Shown: positions 61,686 to 64,000 of the stretch, one piece after another
How positions within the stretch are numbered: position 1 is the stretch's first letter
How the letters are laid out: the number at the start of each line of letters is the position of its first letter
From: Planctomycetota bacterium
GTDB lineage: Bacteria; Planctomycetota; UBA1135; UBA2386
Assembly (NCBI GenBank): GCA_016794425.1
Contig: JAEUHR010000043.1
Span: 128,141-192,140 of the forward strand
Length of the DNA: 64,000 nucleotides
Direction of reading: 5' to 3'
Notes under the pieces: generated by a model
Told to the model about the DNA's origin: nothing
The model's input: only the letters and a program-made list of their open reading frames with translations
Databases searched by the model: none
Program-made: the position numbers and the translations under genes

Positions 61686-63119
61686 ATGCCGTTCGTTCGT
61701 CCGTTCGTCCGCCTGCTCGCCCTGATCTGTGGTGCCCCGCTGCTGTCGCAGTGCCTGCCCGGCACCGAGGTCGCGGCGCCGTCCTGGCGGCACTGGGTGC
61801 TCGGTGAGCCGGTCGCGGTCGGCGGGGACGCGGCGCCGGCGGCGACCGCCTACGTGTTCTGCACGCGCCGGCCGGCGATGCTGGTCGAGGACGCCGGCTA
61901 TCTGCGTGGGCTGCAGCAGCGCTTCGGCGCGCGCGGCTTCGTGGTCGTCGCGGTGGTCGGCGATCTGCCCGCCGACCGCGACGCCGTGGCGAAGGCGTGG
62001 GACGGCTGCCGCATCGTGCTGGACCAGGACGGCAGCGTCTCGTCGGCGTGGCTCGGCCGCGACACGGCGCCGTGGAACGTCGTGCTGCTGGACCGCCAGG
62101 GCATGGTGGCGTTCGTCGGCACCAGCGACGCCGGGCTCGTCGATGTGATCGAGCCGGTGCTGGACGGCAAGCCGCGCCTCGACGGCGAGCGCGTCGCGTT
62201 CTCGCTGCGCGCGGAGATCCAGGCCGGCTACGACGACCTCGACGGCGACGACCTCGTGCGCCAGCTCGACCGCCTGTTGCAACACGCCCCGCACGACGGC
62301 ATCGCGCACGGCCTGCGCTACGTCACCGAGATCCAGAAGCGGCTCGCACCCGACGCGGCGCAGCAGGCGCGCACGGCGGCGCTCCTGCAACTGGCGGCCG
62401 AACCGCGGCCGCTGGCGGCGTTCGCCGACCTCGCGCTGCGCTGCGACCCGCACGGTGACGGGCTCGCCGCGGCGCTGCTGGAGCCGCTGGCCGCGGCCGT
62501 GAAGGCGGTGCCCGACGACACGGTGGTGCGGCTCGCGCACCTGCGCGCCAGCGTGCTGGTCGGCGACAGCCGCGAAGTCGGCCGCGCCGCGATGCGGATG
62601 CAGAAGGCGGTGCTGCGTTCGGCCGATGCGTGCCTCGACTTCGTCGCCGTGCTGGCGACCGACAAGGACGCCGTCGTGCACCGCGACCTGGCGCAGCGCA
62701 CGCTGGCGCGTGCCGAACAGCTCGGCGCCAACCCGCGCCTCCTCGCTGCAGCCCGCTACGCGGCGGCCGTGCGCTGCCAGGAGGACGCGGCGGCGGCCAA
62801 GCGCCTGATGGACGAGTACCTCGGCGACGATGGCGCGGCCAACCTGAACAACGACTGCTGGTACCTGATGACCGACCTTGCGACGATGGGGCGGTTCGAC
62901 TGGTTCGCGCACGGCCTCGCCGAACGCATGCTGGCGCAGCGCGACGCGATGCAGAGCCACGAGTTCGACACCGCGGCACTGGCGATGTTCCAGGTCGGCC
63001 GCGTTGCCGACGCGATCGAACTGCAGCAGACCGCGATCGCCAAGGGCGGCAACGGACCGGACTACCGCATGCGCCTGCAGCGCTACCAGAAGGCCGCGGC
63101 CGCGATGCCGCCGAAGTGA
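61686..63119 (+). CDS. exported protein: thioredoxin-fold-like N-domain without CxxC + helical-repeat C-domain
   Basis: Signal MPFVRPFVRLLALICGAPLLSQC. TlpA-like pattern (YVFCTRRP...GFVVVAVVGD...WNVVLLDRQGMVAF) with a single Cys. The C-terminal half is helical. Confidence 0.55.
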   Translation: MPFVRPFVRLLALICGAPLLSQCLPGTEVAAPSWRHWVLGEPVAVGGDAAPAATAYVFCTRRPAMLVEDAGYLRGLQQRFGARGFVVVAVVGDLPADRDAVAKAWDGCRIVLDQDGSVSSAWLGRDTAPWNVVLLDRQGMVAFVGTSDAGLVDVIEPVLDGKPRLDGERVAFSLRAEIQAGYDDLDGDDLVRQLDRLLQHAPHDGIAHGLRYVTEIQKRLAPDAAQQARTAALLQLAAEPRPLAAFADLALRCDPHGDGLAAALLEPLAAAVKAVPDDTVVRLAHLRASVLVGDSREVGRAAMRMQKAVLRSADACLDFVAVLATDKDAVVHRDLAQRTLARAEQLGANPRLLAAARYAAAVRCQEDAAAAKRLMDEYLGDDGAANLNNDCWYLMTDLATMGRFDWFAHGLAERMLAQRDAMQSHEFDTAALAMFQVGRVADAIELQQTAIAKGGNGPDYRMRLQRYQKAAAAMPPK

Positions 63120-63140
63120 CGCCGGGCGCGCCGGCGGGGC

Positions 63141-64000
63141 TCAGCGGCCGATCACGCAACGTAGGCCGCGGCTGGCGACCATCTGCGCCGGGTTGGCGCC
63201 CGTTTCGATGGCGATGCCCTGCACGAAGAACTCGAGGCCGTAGAGCGCCGGCAGCCACGGCAGCGGGAACGGCGGGCTGAAGCCGTCGACGTTGTGCCAC
63301 AGCAGCCAATCGCCCGAGGACAGCAGCTGGCACCCGGGCATGCCGAGGAAGTCGAGCGGCAAGGGCAGCGGCGTGCTGCCGAGCATCGTGCGCGAGGCGC
63401 CGACCAGCGTCAGTCTGGCCACCGTCGTCGGCGCGGTGGTCGCCAGGTAGCTGACGAACGCCTGGCCGATGCGCGGCTTCGTCTCGGTGCGCAGGAACGG
63501 CACGCCGGCGCTGCCCGGGCAGCCGGTGCCGTACTGCTCGGCCCAGCCGTCGTCGCGGATCTGCTCGAGCCGCGTCATCAGGTCGTAGTAGTAGAACTGC
63601 GAGATCCAGTTCATTCCCGCGGCCAGCAGGTCGGTGGTCGCGTTCGGGTCGGCGACGAGGTTGTAGAACTCCTGGTGTTCGGGCAGGTTCGCCGTGTAGC
63701 GCACGAGCCGGTGCAACGCCGAGCGCAGCGTGTAGCCGCCGCCGAGCGGTGTGCCGGTGATCTCGCAGTAGACGAACGGCCGGCCGTAGCCCGGCTGGCC
63801 GGCGAGGGCCGGCAGCACCGATTGGCCGTCGAGCGGCAGCGCGGTCGCCGCCAGCGACGGCGGCGGATAGCTGCCGGCGCCGCACATCGCCAGCAGGGTC
63901 GGGAACAGGTCGACCGCGGCCACCAGTTCGGTCGCGACGGTGCCGGGTGCGGTGACCGCGGGGCCGCGGACCAAGAGCGGCACGTTGCCGCCGCCGTCGA
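63141..64000 (-). CDS. sulfatase-family enzyme, C-terminal part plus an extra ~150-aa C-terminal domain (5' end outside window)
   Basis: The frame stays open to the window edge (DGGGNVPLLVRGP...VDLFPTLLAMCG is the typical sulfatase C-terminal region). An extra domain follows (GTGCPGSAGVPFL...LPLPLDFLGMPGCQLL...). Confidence 0.7.
   Translation of the reverse strand, partial: DGGGNVPLLVRGPAVTAPGTVATELVAAVDLFPTLLAMCGAGSYPPPSLAATALPLDGQSVLPALAGQPGYGRPFVYCEITGTPLGGGYTLRSALHRLVRYTANLPEHQEFYNLVADPNATTDLLAAGMNWISQFYYYDLMTRLEQIRDDGWAEQYGTGCPGSAGVPFLRTETKPRIGQAFVSYLATTAPTTVARLTLVGASRTMLGSTPLPLPLDFLGMPGCQLLSSGDWLLWHNVDGFSPPFPLPWLPALYGLEFFVQGIAIETGANPAQMVASRGLRCVIGR

Overview
This is a very GC-rich, densely coding bacterial chromosomal segment. 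Third codon positions are almost all G/C. I support about 60 protein genes. By eye I found no rRNA, tRNA, CRISPR array, integrase or transposase. All family assignments come from motif recognition and memory, not from searches.

Housekeeping content:
- DNA and RNA functions: mutL (3' part, endonuclease type), family-4 uracil-DNA glycosylase, pnp, queE.
- Metabolism and stress: tpx, hutH-hutU, apaG, a class I/II aminotransferase, a YbbN/CnoX-like thioredoxin, an MFS transporter, an NRDE/TANGO2-like protein, a partial sulfatase.
- Iron uptake: feoAB.
- Regulation: an ECF sigma/anti-sigma pair, two response regulators, a PilZ protein.

Three regions stand out:
1. 12.8-15.5 kb holds a tightly coupled three-gene module. 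It encodes a soluble BY-kinase/MinD-type P-loop ATPase without a tyrosine cluster, a coiled-coil protein and a MamK-family actin. There are no magnetosome genes around it.
2. 17.0-29.1 kb is a minus-strand cluster with two paralogous secretins, ExbB, two ExbD and two large helical-repeat exported proteins. It has no T2SS/T4P ATPase, platform protein, pilin, TonB or TonB-dependent receptor. It converges on module 1.
3. 53.2-63.1 kb holds two overlap-coupled TPR proteins (534 and 1102 aa). They are divergent from a STAS-MlaE/MlaF/MlaD/auxiliary-lipoprotein transporter.

Smaller oddities:
- an orphan flagellin gene
- G-quadruplex-type tracts at two operon ends
- a 17-bp triplication at the queE start
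- a nested 70-nt stem-loop
- an AT-rich palindrome in front of feoAB

Many of the longest ORFs in the six-frame track are antisense or off-frame GC shadow ORFs, and I rejected them.

The gene content includes a TIGR04137-like small basic protein, DUF1570-like and DUF1579-like proteins, many TPR proteins and a MamK-like actin. This hints at a PVC-related, possibly Saltatorellota-like, lineage, but that is inference only.
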